From the NCBI RefSeq assembly GCF_000143415.4, contig NW_003314285.1, forward strand, positions 79,203 through 143,202: DNA of 64,000 nt, in the 5' to 3' direction. A program made the translations under genes and the position numbers. The stretch is from Selaginella moellendorffii (taxonomy: Eukaryota > Plantae > Lycopodiophyta). The notes beneath the pieces were generated by a model. That model made no database searches. It saw only the letters and a list, made by a program, of their open reading frames with translations, and had not been told where the DNA came from. Below are positions 25,001-35,760 of this stretch, one piece after another (positions within the stretch are counted from its first letter, which is position 1; each line of letters starts with the position of its first letter).

Positions 25001-25404
25001 TGGTGAACTGCTTTTTTCCTTGTCCGCATAACAGTCTCTTGGAAGCGCTTGTCCACCACGTTGTCAGGAAGGTTTGCAACTCTTTCAGCTCCAGGCTATT
25101 CCTCAAGTTCCCTATCGTGAACACCACTAGATTGCCCAACTTCAGGGATTTGCGTTGGTGGTGGTGGTGGTGGTGGCGAGGGCAGAGGCAATAGTGGTAG
25201 TGGTGGTGGCAATGGTGGTTGTGGCGGTGGCGGCGGGGAAAGAGGCAATAGTGGCAGTGGTGGTGGCAATGGTGGTGGTGGCGGTGGCGATGGAGGTGGT
25301 GATGGAGGTGGTGATGGCGGTGGTGGAGGTGGTGATGGTGGAGGTGATGGTGGTGGAGGTGGTGAATCTCTAATTAAATGTGTCTCTATTGTGCCAATGG
25401 ACAT
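22098..25404 (-). pseudogene. Multi-exon Pro-rich / ParB-like / beta-class N4C-N6A DNA methyltransferase gene with in-frame stops
   Basis: Poly-Pro tract, then FQIIDGNHRYGAW (ParB/Srx), ILFDFPDG (motif IV-like), EAGHVIFI (motif VI-like) and TPLAMQVLLELYCPPDGVVIDCIAGSGSMVEAARDSGKSVFAIE (motifs X-I-II). Short AT-rich GT-AG introns separate the ORFs. In-frame stops at 25096, ~23876, 23242, 22628 and ~22296. The 5' end runs into an N gap. Confidence 0.8.
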
Positions 25405-25462
25405 GTCGATTGTGATGTCATCGTCAGTGCCAAATTGACTTCTCGTGTCTTCTTGGCTCCAA

Positions 25463-25649
25463 NNNNNNNNNNNNNNNNNNNNNNNNNNNNNNNNNNNNNN
25501 NNNNNNNNNNNNNNNNNNNNNNNNNNNNNNNNNNNNNNNNNNNNNNNNNNNNNNNNNNNNNNNNNNNNNNNNNNNNNNNNNNNNNNNNNNNNNNNNNNNN
25601 NNNNNNNNNNNNNNNNNNNNNNNNNNNNNNNNNNNNNNNNNNNNNNNNN
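25463..25649. other. Assembly gap (others at 31017-31185, 32406-32547, 36704-36803, 47791-47890)
   Basis: Runs of N. Confidence 1.
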
Positions 25650-25685
25650 CGAGAAAAACTGCCCGAAGTGGCTGGCCCGAGCTTG

Positions 25686-25765
25686 ACCTCGGGTAGTTTT
25701 GCTCGCCGAGGGGCCGAGGTTATTTGAATAACCTCGGCCCCTCGGCAAGCAAAACTGCCCGAGGT
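25686..25765. repeat. 39-bp-arm inverted repeat (hairpin)
   Basis: ACCTCGGGTAGTTTTGCTCGCCGAGGGGCCGAGGTTATT-TG-AATAACCTCGGCCCCTCGGCAAGCAAAACTGCCCGAGGT, with 2 mismatches. Confidence 0.92.
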
Positions 25766-25934
25766 GGGCAGCCCAAGCTTGACCTCGGCCAGCAAAGAAG
25801 CAATCAAGAAAAAAAAAGGGAAGCAATGGAATGGAAGCAATAGACTCAAAAAATGGAAGTGGAAGCAATCAAATCGAAACTCACCCTTGGTGGCATCTTT
25901 CCTCCCTTGATTTCTTGATCGTGCTAGATTTCTT

Positions 25935-26255
25935 GTGCGCTCAATCTCTCCCGCTCGCGCACTCAATCTCTCCTGCTCTTGCACTCAATCTCTCCGGCTC
26001 GCACGCTCAAACTTTCCCCCTCACGCGCTCAATCTCTCCCGCTCGCGTGCTCAATCTCTCCCGCTCGCGCGCTCAAACTCTCCCGCTCGCGCACTCAAAC
26101 TCTCCCGCTTGCGCGCTCAATCTCTCCCGCTCGCGCGCTCAAACTCTCCCGCTCACGCGCTCAATCTCTCCCGCTCATGCGCTCAATCTCTCGATCTCTT
26201 GCGTGCTCAATCCCTTGATCTCCTTCGTGCTCAATCCCTTGATCTCTCGCGCGCT
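25935..26255 (+). repeat. 22-bp minisatellite (GCTCAATCTCTCCCGCTCGCGC)n
   Basis: More than 10 tandem units, followed by AACCCTAA telo-box-like motifs at ~26290-26330. Confidence 0.9.
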
Positions 26256-27277
26256 CCACTCACGATGCGAACAGTAACCTAATCTTGGCAGCTACCCTAA
26301 CCCTAATCCTGACAGCTGCTCTAACCCTAACCAATCTCTAATCCTGGCCGTTCATTCCGAATAACCTAAATCTCAACCATCACAATATCTTTGATCTTAT
26401 TTTATCTTATCATTATTATTATATGTAAATTATGCTTCTTTATTTTGTATATTTTAATGATGGTATAACTAGCACCTATCAACATTTCTGTTATTAGAGA
26501 TATGATATTATATTTTACAAATTATCTAGAAAGGATGCATTCTCATCAATATTTTGTACATATTTTGGAATCGTTACAAGAAATTTAAAGAGTATAAATA
26601 AGGCACGTTAAAATATGTTGTACTATATCCATCTATGAATGGATGAATCCTCATCCAGAAATTTATTTTGTGTTGTATTAGATCCTAAACAATAGGTACG
26701 TGCTTTAAATGTCATTGAGCAGTGTTCACAATTATGGATAAAACTTGAGTTGTACTACGAATCAAATCTGTCATTGAAGAATAAGATTTGACAAGATTTA
26801 TTATCATCTACCACTTAAAATTTGACAACTTGACATATCACACGTGCTGATAGTTAGATTGGATCTCTTGGTTTGACATATTATAGCAGAATGTCATTAC
26901 TGGTATCATTATTAACTATCAAACTTCACGTGCTAAAAATCTTTCCTTGGATCTATGTGTATACATGCATCAGACATCATAATAGATGACAGTAATATTA
27001 ATACTGTCACACTTACACATGTTAAATTTGTTATAGAATTTAAATTCATTTTGTACGTTGTCTTCTTATTACTCTATTTAAATTTCAATTATGTTTCACT
27101 ATAGATTTTTACAAGTAGCATAAAGAGAGAGAACTCCAAAACTTATTGAGAAGGATGGAGAGGTTTTTTCTTCATTTTTGAGATCACCCACCTTTTTCAT
27201 TCTCTCAGAGTATTGTTTCTGAAAGATTTTTATGTCGGCGTTTTGATCTTCGTCTTGGCTCTATTTCTTTAGAGGCT

Positions 27278-30200
27278 GTGATCCGCAACAACACCGGTAT
27301 AGTTGCATACTTGGAGTTTCTTCTTTCTGGTGTGGGTGAGGGTGGACAACAATGGGATTTACAAAATTCCAAGTCGAAGGAGATTCGAGTGTTCGGATCT
27401 CTAGTCAAAATGCCAAAATGCGCTCCAACAAAAGTGAATGTGAAGCAAGAGTCAGTCGTTATCCTCTCATCCTCTTCTAGTTCAAGTGGAGATGTCATGC
27501 TAGTGTCGACGCCAAATTCACCAGCTCCAGCTCTAGCTCCAACTCCAACTTCAGCAATATTCAAAGCCGTTAGCAATGCTTTCCAGTTTTCACGCCTCTC
27601 AATCGACGTGAACTTGTTTTTGTATAGGCCTGTGAGTGAGCTTCCATCCTCCTACAATGGCAACATTTTCTTCGAGCTACCACCTCTTGTCAGCAGCACA
27701 GGTTTCAAACGGAAGGGGATGGAAACTAAGTAGGATGTCCACAATTGGTGCAAGATCAAGACCACACACTTCTAACATTTTGAAGGTAGAGTGTCTATAG
27801 TTCATTGTGGCGGGCATTTTGATTGTGTGGATGAAGCATGCAATCTAGACCGCTCTAGAAACTCTATATTTTTCAAAGGGTCTGCAGTCAATCCTCCAGT
27901 CTGTGACACCATTGCTGTTGGATTCAAATGTCGATTCTGCAAAAATGATCCTTTATGTCGTGCTATCTGCGAGGCCAAGATGTACTACTTTCTTCCACGG
28001 GATGGAGTGGCTGAAAGAGCTACAGTGCATGTTGGCACACATATGCATCCAATGCAGGAAGGGATACAAAGGAGTTCTCTCAACCGTTTCAAAGATGCTA
28101 TACAGGAAGAGACTATGAGAAACTCATCTACAACTCCGAAGCATGTTCAGAAGACCGTCCTCAAGGATTTTATCGCAAATACCTTACTCAATCTAGGTTG
28201 CCAAAAGACTCAACTAAACGAGGCTAGCTTGCAAGACTTACTACGAGGAGTACAACCTGCTACTAGCCTAAGGAGGTACATCCGTTATTTTTCATACATT
28301 ATAATAATAACTTTTTCTTACATTATATTGTTTAGGATAAAATCTTGGATGTGTGAATCTCGAGAGGGGAAGTTGCAATAAAAAATTGACTCCATCCTTG
28401 AATTGAAACGGACCTGTCCATACGAGTTCATCCATGGAAGTTTGTTTTCAGACCAAGTTGTGAATGAGCAAGAGCGCTTCTTCGTCTTCAAAATGTCTAC
28501 CATGGGCCCTGCCTCTGGCGTAGATCTTGTCTCCCGAATGGATATGTTTGGGTCCAGTGACCTTGCAAATGCATGGGTACATTTTGACCATATGGAGCAT
28601 GTATCTGGTTGGACAACCATGGGAGCTCATGTGTATGATCCAAGGTAATTTTTATTCTTATTATATTAAAATTGTTATAATATTTATGTTTTCATAGGCT
28701 ACGTTGTAACTTAACAATTGCGACAGCAGAGTTTAAAGTACAAGACCAGATAGCACAAGAAATATTTTGGAAGTTCCTCTTTGATATTGTCCTAAAGTGG
28801 ACTGGTAAGCCTGCAAAATTTCGTGGTTTCATGGCAGATGGGGCTGGTGCAAATTGGAATGGTATTCGAGCAGTTTTTTGGGAATGGTCAAGCATTGGAA
28901 GGTCGTGAGAGGACTTGTGAGTTCCATTGGGACCAGCACTGCCACCTTATCAAGCTAGAGTTTCAATCAATATTTAAGGAGTTGTGCAAAGAATGGCAGA
29001 TTGCACCTTCTAAAGAAGAGCATGAGGCAAAAATAAACGAGATCCGAATGTGGTGGCGTGAAGATGGCCATACAGACGTAAGTTGCCTACCACAACTTGA
29101 GTTATGGTTAGGATGGTGGGAAGTTAGGATGTTCCAATGGGGACATCACTCTTTTTAGGTTGGTTTATATTTTTTCTTCTCCTTTTATTACCTTTTAATA
29201 TTGCCTTTTCCATTAGGATCAACCACTTGAGGACCTCGCATACACCCCAACTGTGAATCTCTCCGAAAGTAAGTATTGGAGTTGGCGTTCCTCTGAGGCA
29301 GGGAAAGGGAAGATGAGTCTATATGAAGCCTGTCTATCAGATTCGATACGTGCTATAGAGCAATCTTCAAAAGCACTGGCATTTGAGGAAGGAAGATACA
29401 TGGGAACAGGGCCTTCTGTTGAGATGTTACATGATAGGATGAAGAGAAAATTAACTCCACCTGCCCGAACAGTGGCAATTACAGTTGAGGAAGTGGTCCA
29501 TGGCACATCTATGGAGTACACTCCCCGAGCTTCTATTGGTGATATGAAGATTGTCTGCTCAAAGCGTCGTTTTTCCTTTGCTGGGGAAGATGTTGGTACG
29601 GACCTTGGAGCAAAAAGCTCTCACAGGCCTGATGTCAAGTACCATTCTGCTCCAAGACACCACTCTCGGACCAAGCCACCTCAAGTGGCTAATGAAGAGA
29701 GTGCATCGCAACAGGTTGAAATTGCTTACCGTAGCGTAGAGCCGAAGAAATGGGCAATCCGACACGTGCCAGCAGAATCGAATGTAAGGTGTGTGGGGAT
29801 GCTTCCGAGGGGCAAGTGTTGGGCTTGGATTCATGGTGAAAAATCTTCTTCTGTTCCAGCCCCATGTTTCTATGGGGAACGAAAGCAAGCAGGATTTTCA
29901 AGATGGTGCTGGCTATATTGTTGCAACACTGACGCCAACCATACGAAGCGACTTGAAGACACTATAGTGACTAAACCTGATGCAATACCTAAAGAATGGC
30001 CGGTTGCTAATGGGGTCGCATTCACCTCGGATGAGATTGAAAACCTTGAGAAATTTGGTTTTAATCTTGAGAGGAGAGTTGGAGACATGAGTGACAGGAG
30101 CAGGATTATTCCTACAGAGATGCACAGGAGGCCAGCATGAAAAGGTAAGGCAGTTAAATTTATTGGTAAAATAAACTTAGCTCAAACACTTGAGTGTGAG

Positions 30201-30470
30201 ATTCTCTCCACGAAGTACATCACTGCACTTGCAAAGGAGTACACAGTCAAAACAGAAGGTGGAGAGTACACAATTGCCATTCACGACTTTCCTTCTTGCA
30301 CATGTATAGACTTTACGAAGCGCGAGGAACATGGGAAGGCATATGCTCCTTGTAAGCATATGTACTACATCTTCATCAACATCTTGCACCAGGATCCTAA
30401 AGTGGATATTCATATACACCAAGCAAGCCTTACTATTGCTGAGTTGCAGAAAACTTTTGGAGCTAATTAG
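27278..30470 (+). pseudogene. MULE (Mutator-like) DDE transposase with N-terminal Cys/His (GCM-like) region and C-terminal SWIM finger; several nonsense changes
   Basis: AWVHFDH (D1), FMADGAGAN (D2), RTCEFHW (CxxH), TVNLSESK (E) and SWIM CTC...CKHMY. Introns at ~28276-28336, 28644-28697 and 29159-29217. Stops at 27733, ~27775, 28381 and 30140, with a frameshift near 28875. Confidence 0.85.
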
Positions 30471-30561
30471 ATTTCTCCAACACTATTGATGTTTATTCTC
30501 TATCAATAAAACTTATTATACTTTATATAATTAATAAAAATATACTTTTTCATTTCACTTT

Positions 30562-31014
30562 TCATTTTATATGCTTTCGAGTGTTCTTCTCGCAATACTG
30601 CCCATAGTACTCGTATGTCTCCATTTCTATCTTTACCATCTCAAAAAAGATTTCATGGTAGTCTTTCGGATGCGTGATATTGCAGTGTGTCGCAAGAGCA
30701 TATATACCATCATACTGATCATTGCCATTATTTCCACCAGACGCTAGAAAACATATGGGGCACTTCTTGAAAGTGGCAGAATTACACTTTTCTAAAACAA
30801 GTAAGAGGGCATTCTTTTTCACCCAATTTGTTGCACCCTTTGTCATTGCATTTATCTCCAACTCATGATCACTATCCTTACTATCCTCTCTTTCATTCTC
30901 TTGTGTGATTTGGTTATGCTGTGCAATGGGATAGTTATTGCATCTCCTATCCCTTGAGCCCTGACAATAAAGATTGTGAGAGTTAAAATTACCAACACTA
31001 TAACTTATAGACAT
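30562..31014 (-). CDS. Small cargo ORF with CPIC...HC..H zinc-finger-like motif (5' end in gap)
   Basis: KKCPICFLASGG...ALATHCNITHP. A truncated homolog lies at 33380-33530 in the older copy. Confidence 0.5.
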   Translation of the reverse strand: MSISYSVGNFNSHNLYCQGSRDRRCNNYPIAQHNQITQENEREDSKDSDHELEINAMTKGATNWVKKNALLLVLEKCNSATFKKCPICFLASGGNNGNDQYDGIYALATHCNITHPKDYHEIFFEMVKIEMETYEYYGQYCEKNTRKHIK

Positions 31015-31513
31015 TTNNNNNNNNNNNNNNNNNNNNNNNNNNNNNNNNNNNNNNNNNNNNNNNNNNNNNNNNNNNNNNNNNNNNNNNNNNNNNNNNNNNN
31101 NNNNNNNNNNNNNNNNNNNNNNNNNNNNNNNNNNNNNNNNNNNNNNNNNNNNNNNNNNNNNNNNNNNNNNNNNNNNNNNNNNNNNATGGCTTCACATAGA
31201 ATCTTATTTCAAATTTAATAATTTTTTAATTCTGACAAACCTAACATTTACTAGATAGAGTACAAATTTAACGAAGTGACAAGAATACTCTTTTTGCAAA
31301 CATTTTATTTTATGTTCTAACAAATGTCCCTATCATTGCATGTAGTAAATATTTAAATTATTAGAACAAAAAGTGTTCTTTAGAACATTTTTATCTATAT
31401 AATATATAGAGAGTTATTAAATTATTAGGTTCGCCATAACCTTAAAATTTTAAAATTTATAATGTTTGTACTAAATTACAATTAAAAATTGAGCTCAACT
31501 ATGGTCTGTGCCC

Positions 31514-33920
31514 CATTTTGACCATATGGAGTAGGTGGTGGGTTAGATAACCATGGGAGCTCATGTGTATGATCTGAGGTAGTTTTTTTTCTCATTATCT
31601 TAAAATGGTTTTAAGCATTGCCCTTTCCACAGGCTACATTGTAACTTGACAATTGCAACAGTAGAGTTTAAAGTACAAGACCAGATGGCTCAAGAAATAT
31701 TTTGGACGTCCCTCTTTGACATTGTATTGAAGCGGATTGGTAAGCCTACCAACTTTCACGGTTTCATGGCAAATCGGACTAGAACTAAATGAAATGGTGT
31801 CCGGGTAGTCTTTGGGAATAGTCAACCCCTAGAAGGTCATAAGAGAACTTGTGAGTTTCATTGGGCTCAGAGCCTAAACTAACACTGCCACCTTATCAAG
31901 CCAGATTTTCAATTAGCATTTAAGGAGTTGTGTAAACAATGGCAGGTTGCACCTTCTAAAGAAGAACATGAGGCAAAAGTAAACAAGATCTGAATGTGGT
32001 GGCGTGAAGATGGCTATACTAACGTAAGTTGTCTACCACAACTTGAGTCGTGGTTGAGGTGGTGGAAAGTTAGAATGTTCTAATAGGGACATCACTCTTT
32101 TTAAGTTGGTTTTTCTTTTTTTCCTCTCTTTTTATTGCTTTTTAATATCATCTTTTTATAAGGATCAACCACTTGAGAATCTTGCATACACCCTAACTGT
32201 GAATCTCTCAGAGAGTAAGCATTGGAGCTGGCGTTCCTCTTGGGAAGATGAGTTTATATGAAGCATGTTTATCAGATTTGATATGCGTTGTAAAGCAGTC
32301 TTCAAAAGCCTTGGCATTTGAGGAAGGAAGATATATGGGAACAGAACCTTCAGTTGAGATATTACACGATCGGATGAAGAAGAAAGGATTCCACCAACAT
32401 GAACANNNNNNNNNNNNNNNNNNNNNNNNNNNNNNNNNNNNNNNNNNNNNNNNNNNNNNNNNNNNNNNNNNNNNNNNNNNNNNNNNNNNNNNNNNNNNNN
32501 NNNNNNNNNNNNNNNNNNNNNNNNNNNNNNNNNNNNNNNNNNNNNNNAGTGCTAGCAAAATCAAAATCAAATGCAAAGTGTGTAGGGATGCTTTCGAGGG
32601 GCAAGTGTTGCGTTTGGAATCCGTGGTGATAAGTCTGCTTCTATTCCAGCCCTATGTTTCCATGGGGAACGAAAACAAGCAGGATTTTCAAGATGGTGTT
32701 GGCTATATTGTTGCAACACTGATGTGAACCATACAAAGTGGCTTGAAGACACTATAATGACTAAACCTAAGGTAGTACCTAAAGAATGGCCGGTTGCTGA
32801 TGGGGTGGTTGTGCTCACCTCAAATGAAATTGAAAACTTTGAGAAATCTAGTTTCAATCTTGAAAGGAGAGTTGAAGACATGAGTGATAAAACCAGAACT
32901 GTTCTTACAAAGATGCACAGGAGGTTAGCAAGAAAAGGTAAGGCAATTAAATTTATTGGTACTATCTCCAAGCAAAAGCAAGGTAAAATAAACTTGGCTC
33001 AAACACTTGAGTGTGAGATTCTCTCCACGAAGTATATCACTGCCCTTGCAAAGGAGTATATAGTAAAAAAAAAACGTGGAAAGTACATAATTGCCATTCA
33101 AGACTTTCCTTCGTGCACATATCCAGACTTTACGAAATGTGAGGAACATGGGGAGGCATATGCTCTTTGCAAACATATGTACTACATCTTCAGCAACATC
33201 TTGCACTAGGATCCTAAAGTGGATATTCATATACACCAAACAAGCCTTACTATTGCCAAGTTGTAAAAAAATTTTGAAGCTAATTAGATTTTCTAGCACT
33301 ATCGATGTTTATTCTCTATCAATAATATAAACTTATTATACCTTTTATAATTAGTAGAAATATTTTATTATTTCACTTTTCATTTCATATACTTGCGAGT
33401 GTTCTTTTCACAATACTGCCCATAGTATTTGTGAGTCTCTATTTTTGTCTTTACCATCTCAAACAATATTTCATGATAGTCTTTCGGATGTGTGATGTTG
33501 CAATATGTTGTGAGAGCATATATACTATCATAGTTATTTATTTTTTCCTTTCAAATGGTTATATGGCCTTATATAGAATCTTAATTCAAATTTAATAATT
33601 TTAAAATTCTAACAAACCTGACATTTACTAGCCAAAAAGCACAGAGTACAAATTTAAAGAAGTGACAAGAATACTCTTTTTGCAAACATTTTATTTTATA
33701 TTCTAACAAACGTCCCTATCATTGAATATAGTAAATATTTAAATTATTAAAACAAGAATTGTCCTTTAGAACATTTTTATCTATATAATATATAGAGAGT
33801 TATGAAATTATTAGGTTCACCATAATCTTAAAATTTTAAAGTTTATAATGTTTGTACTAAATTACAATTGAAAATTGAGTTCAACTCTTCAACTTGTGAG
33901 CTCAAGTATGGTTCGCGCTC
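31514..33920 (+). pseudogene. Older MULE copy, 3' piece with right terminus
   Basis: Collinear with 28580-31513 but with more stops. It ends GAGCTCAAGTATGGTTCGCGCTC, homologous to the Element B right end. Confidence 0.88.
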
Positions 33921-35760
33921 GTAGGATGAAATGGCTAGGCTGATCATGTTAGTGCTAAAGGATAATCAATTTAGATTGTGGATGATGATCAAGTTGTTTC
34001 TCCAGCATTGAGACTGATATTTCCATATTGTCTATGGCATCTTGATAGCTGAAAGTTGCCCCAACAACTTCTAGAATATTGAGAGTGTTGGGTGTTATCC
34101 ATGGCCTCTAGCTCATCCAAGAGCTAATCTACAATTGCTGAAAGAACAACAAACTCACTAAAATCTTAGTCCTTAAATAAAGAGGTTAAGGTGTTCACCG
34201 GAAAACTACTTTTTATACACTATTTGGTTTATATGAGTTTTTCATGATGCTATTTGGTTTGAACAATGCTTTAACAACTTTCCAATGAAAGGTAAATGAA
34301 GTTCTTTGTGATATGCTAGAGGTGACTGCTAACTTCATCGATGATGTCTTGATCCACTCGGAGGGGACATAGGAGGAACATATCCATAATATTTGTAAGG
34401 TGTTAGATTAGCTAAGGGAAATTGGTTTAAAGTTGAAGTAGTTGAAGTGTGTGTTTAGGTCCAAGGACACAATTTATCTTGGGTACCGTATTTCTTATGA
34501 GGGTTCGCAAGTTGATCCTGATAAACTTGTGGCTAGTCTAAAGTTCCCTACTCTGAAGTGTATAAATGATATGTAGCACTTTCTTAGCAAGGTGTAGTAT
34601 CTTGGTCGTTTTGTTGATCATCTTTTTTATCACACTACACCATTACAAGCATTGCTAAAGTTGTCAATACCATCTTTCATTTGGTCTATAGACTATAAGC
34701 GGGTGTTTATGGATCTCAAAGAGTTATTAACAACTTTTCCAATTTTGGCATATCCTAACTACACTTGGCTTTTTATATTGCATGTGGATGCTTCTAATAT
34801 TGGTCTTAGAGGTATGTTGATGTAAGAGAGCCAGAGTATGCTTGAATAGCACCATCCCATTGCATATATCAACTGCACATTACAACTAGTGGAGATAAAC
34901 TACTCCACACTAGAGAAGTGTTTAGCAATAGTTTGGTGGGGGTTTCAAGAAACTTCATGCATATTTATATAGTTCTTGGACATTACTAAAAGGTGATCAT
35001 GCTGTCTTTACTTCATTATTGAAGTAGAAGAACTTAATTGATTATACTACTCAATGGGCTTTAAAGTTTTAGATATATTATTTTAATGTTATTCATCGTC
35101 CAGGGAGTTTTATGGATGATGCTGATGCTTTTTCTCGAGCTCCTCTTCCTTCTTTGCTCCCTTCTCATATTTTTAATGAACCTATTATTCTAGCATCTAT
35201 GGATTTTTTGGACGAAAATTATGTGCTATCGGCAGTTGCTATACTTGACATTTAGTGTCCACAAGATGTAGAGCAAGATTTATTTTCTCTTGAAAAGGTT
35301 CATAAGGCTCAAAAGATTGAGCTATGGATTTAAAGGCTTCACGATGGGTTTGAGAATGTTGCATCACTTGCTAATGACTTGCAATTTTGGCATTTACATT
35401 CTCGATATCACCTTGAGGACTGTCTTCTTTATTTTTGTGGGATGGATCTTGATAATCATTTATAGTTGGCAGTGCTTTCGCTCTTTGTTCCATGTTTTCT
35501 TTATGCCTACCATGATTCTCTTGTTCTAGGCAAGTATATGGAACTTTGTCGTGTGATCGAAAAGCTATGTAAGTCTTTCTATTAGTTAGAGATGTGATGT
35601 GATGTTATTTATTATGTAAGTAGTTGTGTTTAGTGTCAAGCTCATAATACTCCCCCTCGAGCTGTGGAAGGACGGTTGGAGTCAATTGTAGTTTTCTATC
35701 TGTTTAAGTTAGTAGTGTTTGATTTGATGGGGCTTTTTCCACAATCAACTGTTGGTAATT
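33921..35760 (+). mobile_element. Degenerate gypsy pol (RT-RH-IN start), same family as 1-1864, left piece
   Basis: 34980-35760 aligns to 1-783. RT remnants include FIDDVLIHS. Confidence 0.88.

Larger units (their letters stand above)
19778..31513. mobile_element. Element B: 11.7-kb Mutator-like element with imperfect TIRs and 9-bp TSD
   Basis: CATTTTGAC occurs at 19769-19777 and 31514-31522. The left end GGGGATGGTCCAAAGTTGAG matches the reverse complement of the right end GGGCACAGACCATAGTTGAG at 15/20, with GTTGAGCTCAATT internal to both. A MULE transposase lies inside. Confidence 0.88.

Noticed and set aside
6640-25404. Bacterial or phage contamination explaining the ParB/MTase genes
   Set aside because: Both genes have spliceosomal introns and are embedded among plant retroelements, and one lies inside a TSD-bounded MULE.
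25831-26282. ORFs of 79-148 aa with repeated peptides (also 14141-14464 and 58596-58912)
   Set aside because: They are translations of mini- and microsatellites.
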